From Verrucomicrobiota bacterium (GTDB taxonomy: Bacteria > Verrucomicrobiota > Verrucomicrobiia > Verrucomicrobiales > Akkermansiaceae): 64,000 bases of DNA. Of this stretch, positions 31,789 through 41,539 are shown one piece after another. The DNA lies in NCBI GenBank assembly GCA_040385685.1, contig JAZKGW010000034.1, forward strand, positions 389-64,388, in the 5' to 3' direction. The notes beneath the pieces are model-generated. The model saw only the letters and a list, made by a program, of their open reading frames with translations, searched no databases and had not been told where the DNA came from. The translations under genes were made by a program, and so were the position numbers. Position 1 is the stretch's first letter, and each line of letters begins with the position of its first letter.

Positions 31789-32667
31789 ATGAATTTGGAA
31801 CCAGCCAACGAGCCTGCGATCGGAGTGATCGGCGGCAGCGGACTCTATCAAATGGAAGGCTTCGAGGACATCGTCGAATTGGCGGTTTCCACGCCCTTTG
31901 GTGACCCATCTGACAAAGTGATGACGGGCCGCCTCAGCGGTCGGCGCGTCTGTTTCCTGCCGCGGCATGGCGTCGGCCACCGCATCCTTCCGCATGAAAT
32001 CAACCACCGGGCTAACATCTGGGCGCTGCGTTCGCTCGGCGTTCGCTGGCTGATTTCCGTGACGGCGGTCGGCAGCCTGCGGGAGGAACTCGCGCCGCGC
32101 GACATCGTCGTGCCGGACCAGTTGATCGACCGCACGGGGACCGGCGCGAAGCACACGTTTTTCGGCAACGGCATCGCCGGACACGTCGGATTTGCCGATC
32201 CGTATTGCGGGGAACTCCGCGAAAAACTCGTGTCCGCGGGCCGTTCACTCGGAGCGACAATCCATGACGGCGGGGCCTACCTTTGCATGAACGGCCCGGC
32301 GTTTTCGACGCGGGCTGAAGCGAATTTCCACCGCATGATAGGCGCGCACATCATCGGCATGACCAATGGCCCCGAAGCCCGACTCGCCCGCGAAGCGGAA
32401 ATCGCCGCCGCGGCCCTCGCCCTGGTGACTGATTACGATTGTTGGAAAGAAGACGAGGCGGATGTCGAGGTCGATTCCGTGATCGCAAATGTGCACGCCA
32501 ACAGCGCGCTGGCGAAGCGCATCATCCGCAGCGCCGTCGGCATGATTACCGAAAAGCCGGATAGCCCGAGCCATCGGGCGCTCGACACCGCGATCATGAC
32601 CCCGCGCGACCTGTGGCCGCAGAAGACGATCAAGGATCTCGCACCGATTCTCGGGCGGTTTGGCTGA
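31789..32667 (+). CDS. mtnP: S-methyl-5'-thioadenosine phosphorylase
   Basis: IGVIGGSGLY, FLPRHG, NHRANIWAL, GPAFSTRAE, GMT, LVTDYDCW. Confidence 0.92.
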   Translation: MNLEPANEPAIGVIGGSGLYQMEGFEDIVELAVSTPFGDPSDKVMTGRLSGRRVCFLPRHGVGHRILPHEINHRANIWALRSLGVRWLISVTAVGSLREELAPRDIVVPDQLIDRTGTGAKHTFFGNGIAGHVGFADPYCGELREKLVSAGRSLGATIHDGGAYLCMNGPAFSTRAEANFHRMIGAHIIGMTNGPEARLAREAEIAAAALALVTDYDCWKEDEADVEVDSVIANVHANSALAKRIIRSAVGMITEKPDSPSHRALDTAIMTPRDLWPQKTIKDLAPILGRFG

Positions 32668-32781
32668 TATCGTCGTGGCCGTCGGGATTGGTGACGAGCA
32701 AATCGGAAATGACGCGCATTGCTTGGTGTTGACCCTCAGGCGTCGCGGGCTTACGCAGTGGCGCAACCAATTTTACCCACC

Positions 32782-33900
32782 ATGGAACCCACAACGACTG
32801 CATACGGAACCTGGAGCGGCGGACGCTTCATGCATTTTGGCGAAACCCTTTCGGAGGCGCGGTTCATCGGCTGCATCGAGACCGCCTATCAGGCCGGAAT
32901 CCGGACCTTTGTCACCTCCGACGTCTATGGCAACGGCAAGGCCGATGAATTGTTAGGAGTGGCGCTCAAGGGCATCGACCGCGGTACCTACAGCCTCGTG
33001 GGAATGATCGGCCACGACTTTTACGAAGGCCAGCGCGAGGGCAGTCGCGGCTACCCGCGCTTCACCGATCCCGCGCTGCGCGGGCCGGAAGGCTATGCGG
33101 ATTTCATCAACATGGCCTGCGCCAAGGAACTCGAGCGCTGCGGCACCGACAAGTTCGACCTGCTCATGCTCCACAACCCGGACGAACACGGCTACACCAG
33201 CGAGGCTCTCTGGGAGGCGCTCGAAGGTGCGAAGACCGCGGGTCTGACCGACCGCCTCGGCATCGCGCCCGGCCCGGCCAACGGATTTTCCCTCGACCTC
33301 GTCGGCTGTCTCGAAAAATTCGGTGCGCTGATCGATTGGTCGATGCTGATCTTGAATCCGCTGGAGCCGTGGCCCGTCGGACTGACCTTGCCGATCTGTG
33401 AGAAATTCGGGGTGAAAGTGATGACCCGCGTCGTCGATTACGGCGGCGTTTTCCACGACGACATCGGCGGACCGGAACACAGCTTCAAGCCCGGCGACCA
33501 TCGCACCTACCGGCCGGAAGGCTGGGTAAAGCACGGCATGGAAAAGGCCGACCGCATGCGCCCGCTCGCCGAGAAATACAATCTAACGCTCCTCCAGTTC
33601 GCCTGCATCTGGAACCTCAGCCATCCCGCGGTCGAGAGTGTGGTGCCGACCTTCATCCAGGAAGCCGGCGAAGGCGCGCGCTTGATCGAGGATAAGATCC
33701 GCGAATTCGCGAAACTGCCCGATGTTAGGTTCACCGAAGAGGAAGTGGAGATGATCCGCCAGATCGGCGACAACACCGGTTGCATGACTCTCAAGGGAGC
33801 CAGCAAACGCCACGAAACCAGCGAACGCCCCGACGAGTGGCCGATGCGGGAAGACCTGTTGGAACTGGCCGGGCGAAATGGACTCGGCAGCGAGTGGTGA
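32782..33900 (+). CDS. Aldo/keto reductase family oxidoreductase
   Basis: TSDVYGNGKADE, DLLMLHNPD, LLQFAC..LSHPAV. Confidence 0.85.
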   Translation: MEPTTTAYGTWSGGRFMHFGETLSEARFIGCIETAYQAGIRTFVTSDVYGNGKADELLGVALKGIDRGTYSLVGMIGHDFYEGQREGSRGYPRFTDPALRGPEGYADFINMACAKELERCGTDKFDLLMLHNPDEHGYTSEALWEALEGAKTAGLTDRLGIAPGPANGFSLDLVGCLEKFGALIDWSMLILNPLEPWPVGLTLPICEKFGVKVMTRVVDYGGVFHDDIGGPEHSFKPGDHRTYRPEGWVKHGMEKADRMRPLAEKYNLTLLQFACIWNLSHPAVESVVPTFIQEAGEGARLIEDKIREFAKLPDVRFTEEEVEMIRQIGDNTGCMTLKGASKRHETSERPDEWPMREDLLELAGRNGLGSEW

Positions 33901-33905
33901 GGAGC

Positions 33906-33957
33906 GCGGAATTCATTCCGCACGGAAATCCAAAGTTAGAGGCGAAATTTATTCCGC
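33906..33957. repeat. Two copies of a 16-bp palindrome (REP-like)
   Basis: GCGGAATTCATTCCGC (33906-33921) and GCGAAATTTATTCCGC (33942-33957) between convergent genes. Confidence 0.6.
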
Positions 33958-34036
33958 AGTCCGGCTAAAATGTTAGCCGCCGCCGCATCGTGATCGCGGT
34001 GGAAGTGGCGTGGAGAATATGGAAAATCCTTTTCTA

Positions 34037-34402
34037 TCACCATTCCCTCAAAGGAATCTTCTGCCAGAAAAAGGGATGGAACGTCGTCCACGCGAGGAAC
34101 CCGATAAGGGCGGCAAGCAGCACCGCTCCGGAGATCACCGTCCAACTCCTGCTCCAACGCTCCGGTGCGCGGCGTTCCAATGCCATACACACAAACGTCC
34201 ACGCGGCCGGGACGATCAGTAACAAGAATCCATAACTCCTGACCACGACCGCCGCCGGGTTCCAACGCATCCACGGCTCGGGGTGGGCCGCCGTCTCCGG
34301 ACCATATTGATGGAGCTTGAGCATCGCGCACGTCGTCATCACCCCGATGACTGTCACGAGGAATTGCACCAGCGCCAACCGGGACATCGCGGAGGTGTTC
34401 AT
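34037..34402 (-). CDS. Small hypothetical membrane protein
   Basis: Three hydrophobic helices; start at MNTSAMSR, co-directional with upstream gene. Confidence 0.6.
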   Translation of the reverse strand: MNTSAMSRLALVQFLVTVIGVMTTCAMLKLHQYGPETAAHPEPWMRWNPAAVVVRSYGFLLLIVPAAWTFVCMALERRAPERWSRSWTVISGAVLLAALIGFLAWTTFHPFFWQKIPLREW

Positions 34403-34406
34403 GATT

Positions 34407-34721
34407 TCACGACACCTCCATCGAATTTCCGCAATTCCAACAGACTGCGAACGTGGCGGGGCTCTTCTCTCCGCACTTGGGGCAGGGGAGTTCCGGGAGA
34501 GATTCATCTGGCGGAGCTTCGATATAACTTCGAATCAGCTCCACGCTTCGATCGAGGTCAGCCTCGTTCAGAATGCAGAGTGCCGGAGTCACCTCCGGAA
34601 TTGCGATCGTGGTGGCGGAGACATACTCGTTGCGCAAGTAGGTCCTGATGCCCTCCGATTCCAAAAGGCTTTGGAACTGGCCCACGGTCGCACTGTCACG
34701 GTTACGGAAGATTTCAATCAT
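34407..34721 (-). CDS. DUF2007-like protein with C-terminal zinc ribbon
   Basis: LLESEGIRTYLRNE; CPKCGE..FAVCWNCG. Confidence 0.8.
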   Translation of the reverse strand: MIEIFRNRDSATVGQFQSLLESEGIRTYLRNEYVSATTIAIPEVTPALCILNEADLDRSVELIRSYIEAPPDESLPELPCPKCGEKSPATFAVCWNCGNSMEVS

Positions 34722-34784
34722 GACTTGATAGGGTGAACATTGCCGTTCGTTTCACAAGGATGGTTTTCCAGCGCGACTCTGACA

Positions 34785-35816
34785 CTAGCAGGACGAGGTG
34801 AGCAGCCTCTCCGTCGTCTCCCAATCGATGCATGCATCCGTGATGCTCTGCCCGTGGACGAGCTGGTCGAGCGGTTGAGGAAATTTCTGCGCGCCTCCGA
34901 CGAGGTTGCTCTCTAACATGGCCCCGATGATGGAGGTGTCGCCGGCAGCACGCTGGCGGGCGATTTCCTCGAAAACAGCGGGCATCAGGTTGTGATCCTT
35001 CCTACAATTCCCATGACTCGCATCGATCATGATGGCGGGTTTTAAGCCACTTTTTTCCAGCAGCTCGCGGGTGTCCCTGACGCTTTGCTCGTCGTAATTA
35101 GGTCCACCCTCGCCGCCGCGAAGGATGATGTGGCAATCCGGATTTCCGGTGGTGGTGACGGCCGAGGCGCGGCCGTCCATGCCGACACCGAGGAATGTTT
35201 GAGGATGGGTGGCAGCTTTGATTGCGTTGATTGCGGGTTCGAGATTTCCGAGCGTCCCATTCTTGAAACCTAGCGGCATGGAGAGACCGCTGGCCATCTG
35301 GCGGTGGGTTTGCGATTCGGTGGTGCGCGCGCCGATGGCCGACCAGCAGATCAGGTCGGCGATGTACTGCGGGGTGATCGGATCCAGCAACTCGGTGGCG
35401 GTGGGGATCCCGAGGCGGATCATATCCAACAGAAACTGGCGGGCGACCTGGAGGCCTTCTTCGATCCGGTTGCTGCCATCGAGATGGGGATCCATGATCA
35501 GGCCCTTCCAGCCGACGGTGGTGCGCGGTTTCTCGAAATAGACCCGCATCACCAGCAGCATGCGGTCCTTCACTTGTTCCGCTAGAATTTTGAAACGTTC
35601 GGCATACTCGCGGCCGGCGTCGACATCGTGGATGGAACACGGCCCCGCGATGACGAGCAGCCGGGGATCGTTGCCGAAGATGATTTCCCGGATCTCACGG
35701 CGGCTTTGGAAGATGAAATCGGCGTCGCTTTCGGTTCGCGGCAGGCGTTGCAACAGTTCGAGCGGCGAGGGAAGAGGCAGATTCGAACTGACGTGGATAT
35801 CGCTAACAGGTTTCAT
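34785..35816 (-). CDS. aroG: 3-deoxy-7-phosphoheptulonate (DAHP) synthase, class I
   Basis: GPCSIHD, RVYFEKPRTTVGWKG, IGARTTESQTHR, GFKNGT, DASHGN, SITDACI. Confidence 0.95.
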   Translation of the reverse strand: MKPVSDIHVSSNLPLPSPLELLQRLPRTESDADFIFQSRREIREIIFGNDPRLLVIAGPCSIHDVDAGREYAERFKILAEQVKDRMLLVMRVYFEKPRTTVGWKGLIMDPHLDGSNRIEEGLQVARQFLLDMIRLGIPTATELLDPITPQYIADLICWSAIGARTTESQTHRQMASGLSMPLGFKNGTLGNLEPAINAIKAATHPQTFLGVGMDGRASAVTTTGNPDCHIILRGGEGGPNYDEQSVRDTRELLEKSGLKPAIMIDASHGNCRKDHNLMPAVFEEIARQRAAGDTSIIGAMLESNLVGGAQKFPQPLDQLVHGQSITDACIDWETTERLLTSSC

Positions 35817-35827
35817 GGCTTCAAAAA

Positions 35828-36733
35828 TCAGATGTCTTCGGAGGTGATGGAGTCTGGCAGGGCTTCCGGATCCTCATGCCAGGGGATTCCGGCGTCCGCG
35901 TTGCGCTGGAGATCGGCGATGACCTGGGCGCCCAGCAGCAGGATCAGCGCGACGGCCTCCATGATCAGCAGGACAATGATGATCGTGGCCATCGAGCCGT
36001 AGAGCACGTTCACAATGGAAACCTTCGCGTAGTAGGAAACCAGAAGATGGCGGACCAGTTCCCACAGGATGGTGGCCGTTAGACCTCCGGCGAGCGCCCG
36101 CCTGAACTTGATTTTCGCGACCGGCATGATCTTGTAAAAGAGCGTGAACAGCAGAACGAGTCCCAGCAGGCACGTCCCGTAGATGAGCTTGTTGAGATGG
36201 TTGTGGAGCAAGGTGTCGAAGCCGTCGAAGGCGAAATTGCGTTGACCCTGAGCGTCGATGAAGGCGTTGACCACGGTGATTCCCCCCAAGCCGGCGGTCA
36301 CGATGACGATGAACAGATAGGGCATCAGGGCGGACACCCAGAACTTGCGCTTCAAGGGTTGCAGCGGGCGGTGGAAGATGATGGCGATGGAATCCTCCAG
36401 CACGCGGAAGGCCAGCGAGCTGAACAACAGCAGGGAACCCAAGCCGAGCCAGCCGATCAATTTCCGGGAGACCAGGAAGCCCACCAGGACTTCCGTTAGG
36501 GTGGGCGCGAATCCGGGTGCGATCAGGGACACCTCCTTGGTGATCGTTGCCAGCAACACCGTTTCATCGACATAATTTGAAAACACCACCAGCAGCACGG
36601 CCGAAAGCGGGATCAGCGAGAGCATCATGTTGTGGGCGACCGCGGCGGTGAGCAGCAGGCCATGGTTACGCAGGAAAAAATCGCGCAGCACCCGGCCGGC
36701 GAACCGAACAATTTTCGGCATTCGTTTTTCCAT
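35828..36733 (-). CDS. YihY/virulence factor BrkB family membrane protein
   Basis: AAVAHNMMLSLIP, LYKIMP-like segment, YGSMATIII. Confidence 0.85.
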   Translation of the reverse strand: MEKRMPKIVRFAGRVLRDFFLRNHGLLLTAAVAHNMMLSLIPLSAVLLVVFSNYVDETVLLATITKEVSLIAPGFAPTLTEVLVGFLVSRKLIGWLGLGSLLLFSSLAFRVLEDSIAIIFHRPLQPLKRKFWVSALMPYLFIVIVTAGLGGITVVNAFIDAQGQRNFAFDGFDTLLHNHLNKLIYGTCLLGLVLLFTLFYKIMPVAKIKFRRALAGGLTATILWELVRHLLVSYYAKVSIVNVLYGSMATIIIVLLIMEAVALILLLGAQVIADLQRNADAGIPWHEDPEALPDSITSEDI

Positions 36734-36811
36734 CGGGCTCCAGTTTGGACAGAGCCACTGGCGCTTGCAAACGCAAATCTGACAGGGCGTGTGGACCTCC
36801 GGTCCCCGCCC

Positions 36812-38050
36812 TTACTGGCGCTGCAAATGCAACGACCCGTCGATCAGCTTGAGGAAGTCCGCCCGATCGGCGGGCAAGATCGGGGAGGCGATCTCCCGGG
36901 CGAGCGCGGAGACGATGTCGGCATCGATGGTCCCGGCCTGTTCCCCGGCCAGCCATTGCGCGTAGGTGCAGACCAAGGCACCGAAGCGGGCGTCGTCGGA
37001 AGGTTCGGCGTCGCTCTTGTGCACGAGGGAAATCGAGGGGGCGGCCTGTTCATCGGTGGTCCATGCCAGCGAACCGAGGTCGCCGCCGGGTTTGGCGGGC
37101 TCGATCTCAATAGCGAGGTTGGTCATGGAATTCGCCACCAGCTTGACGGGCAGTTTTCCGGTCGCCTGTCCCTCGACTGGATTGAATCCAAGCAACCGGT
37201 AGCGGGTGACGTTCCCGGGATTCGCCTGATAGGAAATTCTAACGTCGCAGGTGTCCCGCGGGTTTCCGCGCAGTGAAACCAGGAGCAAGGTGGCGGAGGG
37301 ATTCCACGGGCAGGGGATCATCTCGGTGGACAGCGTGGCGACGTGGGCGCTCATTCCGCTGTCGCGGATGTCGGGGTGCCAGTTGTTAGCCGTGCCACGC
37401 GCGATGGCGGTGACGCCGTTGAGACGCAGTGGGAAACCGTTAAGAATCTCCTCCAGCCGGACGGTTGAAGCGGGGGGGAGTTGATGGTCGATGCGGATAG
37501 CTTTCGAAATCCATTCCAAGCTCGCTTTGCCCGAAAGAATGGGAAGCTCGAGGGTTGGAAAATCAGCGGCGGCCACAGGGCCGAGCGGCACGGGATGTGA
37601 CAGGACGGGAGCAGCAGGCGGGTTGTTAGCAGGGGTGGCCAGGATCGGCGCGGCCACCGACGGAGCAGGGGTTTGGGCGGCCACCGGAGCCGGCTGGCCC
37701 TCCGGGGTGCGAAAGAAAAGCAAGGTGGCCAGTGCCAGCACTGCGGCCGTTGCCGCGGGGATCAGCCACGGTTTCAGGGCATTGCCGAACGCCGCGAATG
37801 AAAGGGGTATTCCGGCGTGGTCGGCGTCGCGGGCGGAACGGCGGACGTTCTCGCGCTGGTGGGGAAGCAGCTTGTCCGCGGGCAGGGCGAGCCGGTCGGT
37901 TAGGAACTGTTGGAGGGCCCGCATTTCCACGATCTCCGCTTGGAGCGCGGGATTTTCCGCGGCGTCGCGTTCGACGGCGGCAGCGTCCTCTGGACCGAGC
38001 TCGCCAAGGACGAAGTTGGTTAGGCGGGGATCCTCGGGTTGAAGTTTCAT
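36812..38050 (-). CDS. Putative anti-sigma factor with YfbK-type N- and C-terminal domains
   Basis: N-terminal FVLGEL..E (zinc-finger anti-sigma position, without CxxC), one TM, LPPASTVRLEEILNGF, SDDARFGALV; directly follows ECF sigma. Confidence 0.65.
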   Translation of the reverse strand: MKLQPEDPRLTNFVLGELGPEDAAAVERDAAENPALQAEIVEMRALQQFLTDRLALPADKLLPHQRENVRRSARDADHAGIPLSFAAFGNALKPWLIPAATAAVLALATLLFFRTPEGQPAPVAAQTPAPSVAAPILATPANNPPAAPVLSHPVPLGPVAAADFPTLELPILSGKASLEWISKAIRIDHQLPPASTVRLEEILNGFPLRLNGVTAIARGTANNWHPDIRDSGMSAHVATLSTEMIPCPWNPSATLLLVSLRGNPRDTCDVRISYQANPGNVTRYRLLGFNPVEGQATGKLPVKLVANSMTNLAIEIEPAKPGGDLGSLAWTTDEQAAPSISLVHKSDAEPSDDARFGALVCTYAQWLAGEQAGTIDADIVSALAREIASPILPADRADFLKLIDGSLHLQRQ

Positions 38051-38054
38051 GGTT

Positions 38055-38636
38055 TCAGAAGCGGAGGTCGGACGGGAGGATTTCGCGCAGGCGTTTGAGG
38101 CCGGTGTGAATGAGAAACCCGATGTTGCCGGTGGCAAGTCCGGTGATTTCGTGGATATCCTGATAGCTGAGTCCTTGTTGGAATTTGAGGATGATGACTT
38201 CGCGCTGATTGACGGTCAGGCGATTCAGATAGACGGCCAGTTGGGAGAGGCGTTCCTGTTGGTCGGCCTGCTCGTCCGGTGGGAGTTCCGCGCCGGCGAT
38301 TTTTTTCCAGCGGATCTCTTCGAGCGGTTGGCTGCGCTTTTCCTTGCGGAGGAGATCAAGCGCGCGGTTCCGGCAAACGGTGAACAGCCACGCCTTGAGA
38401 TTGGTGCGGACTTTGTTGGGATCCTGCTGGCAGAGTCGGACGAAGGTGTCCTGCACCACATCGCGGGCGAGATCGGGATCGTTGAGAATGGTGGCGGCAT
38501 ATCCGATGAGCGGCGATTCGTAATCCAACATCGCCTGCCCGACGAATTTCTCACGGGTGAGCGGGCGCGCTGGATTCCCGGTATCAACGGCCGAAGCGAT
38601 CGCAACTTTAGGGAAATTCTCAGAAGTTTCCAACAT
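38055..38636 (-). CDS. ECF RNA polymerase sigma factor
   Basis: ARDVVQDTFVRL, KAWLFTVCRNRALD, REVIILKFQQGLSYQDI. Confidence 0.92.
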   Translation of the reverse strand: MLETSENFPKVAIASAVDTGNPARPLTREKFVGQAMLDYESPLIGYAATILNDPDLARDVVQDTFVRLCQQDPNKVRTNLKAWLFTVCRNRALDLLRKEKRSQPLEEIRWKKIAGAELPPDEQADQQERLSQLAVYLNRLTVNQREVIILKFQQGLSYQDIHEITGLATGNIGFLIHTGLKRLREILPSDLRF

Positions 38637-38637
38637 G

Positions 38638-39276
38638 TCAGCGGATGAAATAACTGAGATGCTCGAGTTCCAGCGCGAGATCGACGTTGTTGACGGTGAC
38701 GTCCGGAGTGACCTCAAGCACGATCGGCGAAAAGTTCAGCACGCCCTGGATGCCGGCGGCGACGAGGCGGTTGACGACGGCTTGGGCGAACTCGCCTGGC
38801 ACGCACAGGATCGCAAGTTTGACGGAGTTTTCGGCAATGAAGGTTTCGAGATCCGAGTCGGGGAAAACGGGAATCGTGACTCCGCGGGCACGGGTTGCTT
38901 CCGGGTTGGCATCGAACGCGGCGACCACCTCGAAGCCTTCCTTTTCGAAGCCATGATAGCGGAGCAAGGCGGAACCGAGATTGCCCGCGCCGACGAGGAT
39001 GACCGGCTGGAGATGCTCGCGGCCGAGGGTTTCGCGGATGATGGTTGATAGAATTTCCACCGGATAGCCCAGCCCGCGGGTGCCGAATTGCCCGAAGTAG
39101 GCGAGGTCCTTGCGAAGCTGTGAGGACTTCACCCCGGCGGCGCGGGCGAGGGTGCTGGAGCTCACGGTGTCCACGCCGTTGGCGTTCAATTTCTGAAGGC
39201 AGCGGTTATAAATCGAGAGCCGGTAGATCGCTTTCTTTGGGATGTCGATCTTGCCGAGTTTGTCGGGGAGTTCCAC
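38638..39276 (-). CDS. rex: Redox-sensing transcriptional repressor Rex
   Basis: RLSIYNRCL, QLRKDLAYFGQFGTRGLGY, VGAGNLG, GVLNFSP. Confidence 0.95.
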   Translation of the reverse strand: MELPDKLGKIDIPKKAIYRLSIYNRCLQKLNANGVDTVSSSTLARAAGVKSSQLRKDLAYFGQFGTRGLGYPVEILSTIIRETLGREHLQPVILVGAGNLGSALLRYHGFEKEGFEVVAAFDANPEATRARGVTIPVFPDSDLETFIAENSVKLAILCVPGEFAQAVVNRLVAAGIQGVLNFSPIVLEVTPDVTVNNVDLALELEHLSYFIR

Positions 39277-39293
39277 GGCGGGAAAAGGAGAAG

Positions 39294-40532
39294 TTAGAGA
39301 GCCTCGGGTTTTTGAAGGAGCTCGGAAACCCGGTTGAGCAGGAATCCAGCGCCCCCACCATCGACGACGCGGTGGTCGAATGTCAATAGCAGGTCCGCCT
39401 CGGTGGCGGGCAGGAAGGCCTCGACCTGGGTGCTCCAGACCGGCTTTTTCACCCCGGCGCCGATGCCGAGAATGAGGGTTTCGTTAGGCAGCGGGATCGG
39501 TGTGCCGGTGGTGAGGCCGAAGGTTCCGAAGTTGGTCACCGTGGCGATGCCGCCGCTGCAATCCTGTTCGGTGAGGCGGCGGCGGCGGGCGCGGTCCACC
39601 AGGTCGTCGTATTCCGAGACCAGGTCGCGCAGGGATTTTTGATCGACCGTTCTAACAACCGGAACGACCACGCCGTCCTCGACCTGCACCGCCACGCCAA
39701 TGTCGAATGCGCGCGGGTGGACGACCTTGTCACCGATCAGATAGCCGGCGGTGGTGGGACTTTCCGCCAGCGCCAGGGCGAAGGCGCGCAACAGATAGAG
39801 CGTGAGTCCCGGCTTCGGCGATTGGGCGCGGCGATGATCGAGCACGCGGTCCAACAGAATCGGCCGCCCCACGGTCGCCAGCGGGCGGGTCCAACTGCGG
39901 CGCATCGCGTCGGCCACCGCGAGCCGCATCGGCGAGGCGGTGGAGCTGGGCCACGCGTCGAGATAGTCGAGGAAGCGCTCGAGATCCTCTACCGTCACGC
40001 GTCCGCCGGCTCCGGTGCCGACGATCGCGGAAATGTCCGCCTCGCGGATGCCGAGGTCGTTCATCCGCGCGCGCATTCTGGGAGAAATGTAGTGGGCGCC
40101 CATCGTGCCGGTCGGCACGGGCAGGCCTTTCACGCTGGGGACGACGGCGGGAGCTTCCTCGTAGGCGTCGTCGTCGAGCGCGAAATGCAGGTTCGCTTCC
40201 GCTTGGGCCGGGCTGTTCGCCTGGCTGCTGGCGGCGCGTTTCGCTTCGATGGATTCCAGCGACTCCACACCGGTGCGGGCGATTTCCGCTTCGGTCACAT
40301 CCAGCAGTCCTAACAGCGTGCCGACCGAATAGGAAATTCCCTCCTGCGCCCGCAGTTCCGAAACGACTCCATCGCACAGCGTGGTCACGCCCATGACCGC
40401 CTTGTTGGTTTCCACCTCGATGATTTCCTGGTCGGTGCGGACATGGTCGCCCACCGAGATGCCGAGGCGGATAACGGTGGCCTCGGCGATCGACTCGCCG
40501 AGTTGGGGCATGAGAATGGGAACGGTGGGCAT
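39294..40532 (-). CDS. 2-oxoacid dehydrogenase E2 (dihydrolipoamide acyltransferase)
   Basis: Lipoyl VETNKA, GTGAGGRVT, TVTNFG, DHRVVDG. Confidence 0.92.
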   Translation of the reverse strand: MPTVPILMPQLGESIAEATVIRLGISVGDHVRTDQEIIEVETNKAVMGVTTLCDGVVSELRAQEGISYSVGTLLGLLDVTEAEIARTGVESLESIEAKRAASSQANSPAQAEANLHFALDDDAYEEAPAVVPSVKGLPVPTGTMGAHYISPRMRARMNDLGIREADISAIVGTGAGGRVTVEDLERFLDYLDAWPSSTASPMRLAVADAMRRSWTRPLATVGRPILLDRVLDHRRAQSPKPGLTLYLLRAFALALAESPTTAGYLIGDKVVHPRAFDIGVAVQVEDGVVVPVVRTVDQKSLRDLVSEYDDLVDRARRRRLTEQDCSGGIATVTNFGTFGLTTGTPIPLPNETLILGIGAGVKKPVWSTQVEAFLPATEADLLLTFDHRVVDGGGAGFLLNRVSELLQKPEAL

Positions 40533-40573
40533 TTTGGTAAAAGCTGAGAACTTGAAATACTGAAATGCGGAAA

Positions 40574-41539
40574 CTAGAAGGAAAGCAATTTGCGGAGCGC
40601 CTCGCAGATGGATTCAGGCGTCGGACGATGGGCGGCCCAGAGTTTCGGGTGATAGGGAACCGGGGTGTCGCGGGCGTTCAAGCGTTGCGGCGGGGCATCC
40701 AGCAGGTGGAATCCTTCCTCGGTCACGCGTGAAACGACTTCCGCCGTGACGCCACCCCAGGGGAACGCCTCACCGACCGCTAACAGCCGACCCGTGCGGG
40801 CGACGGAGGCCAGGATCGTGTCCAGGTCCAGCGGCTTGACCGAGCGCAAATCGACCACCTCGATTTCCCAGCCGTCCTGTTGGAGTCGCTCGGCGGCGCG
40901 GACGGCTTCGTGGACCATCGCGCTGTAGGCGACAACCGTGGCGTGCTTGCCGGGCCGGGTGATCCGCGCCTGGCCGATCGGCAGGTGGTCGCCGTTGATC
41001 GACTTCGCCTTGAGCCAGCGGTAGAGGAACTTGTGCTCGCAGTAGATGACCGGATCGTCCAGCGCGACTCCGTCCAGCAACATGTGATAGGCGTCCGAAA
41101 CGGTTGCGGGTGTTAGCACCACCAGCCCGGGATATTGGGCGTAGATCCCTTCCATGCTTTGGCTGTGGAATGGCCCGGAGCCGGGAGTGCCGCCCGAGGG
41201 AAGGCGCACCGTGATCGGGATCGGCACGCCGGTCCGATAGAAGTGCGTCGCCGCCTGATTGACGATTTGGTTGAATGCCAGCGACGAGAAATCCGCGAAC
41301 TGCATTTCCACGATCGGCCGCATGCCCTCTATGGCCGCGCCCACCGCCATGCCGATCATCGCATCCTCCGAGATCGGCGCGTCGAAGACCCGGCCGGGAA
41401 ACTGTTCGGCGAGCCCTTTGGTTGCCTTGAACGCCCCGCCGAAGGTGGCGATGTCCTGGCCGTAGAGGAACACGCGGAGGTCCTCGCGCAGGAGTTTTTC
41501 CTGCGCTTCGCGAATCGCGTCGATGTAGGTCACACTCAC
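40574..41539 (-). CDS. 2-oxoacid dehydrogenase E1 beta subunit
   Basis: FDAPISE, VEMQFADF, FHSQSME, CEHKFLY, EVVDLRSVKPLD. Confidence 0.93.
   Translation of the reverse strand: MSVTYIDAIREAQEKLLREDLRVFLYGQDIATFGGAFKATKGLAEQFPGRVFDAPISEDAMIGMAVGAAIEGMRPIVEMQFADFSSLAFNQIVNQAATHFYRTGVPIPITVRLPSGGTPGSGPFHSQSMEGIYAQYPGLVVLTPATVSDAYHMLLDGVALDDPVIYCEHKFLYRWLKAKSINGDHLPIGQARITRPGKHATVVAYSAMVHEAVRAAERLQQDGWEIEVVDLRSVKPLDLDTILASVARTGRLLAVGEAFPWGGVTAEVVSRVTEEGFHLLDAPPQRLNARDTPVPYHPKLWAAHRPTPESICEALRKLLSF

Noticed and set aside
34733-34757. GTGAA..TTCACAA resembling a Rex operator
   Set aside because: Spacer is about 13 nt rather than the 4 nt of TTGTGAA-N4-TTCACAA.
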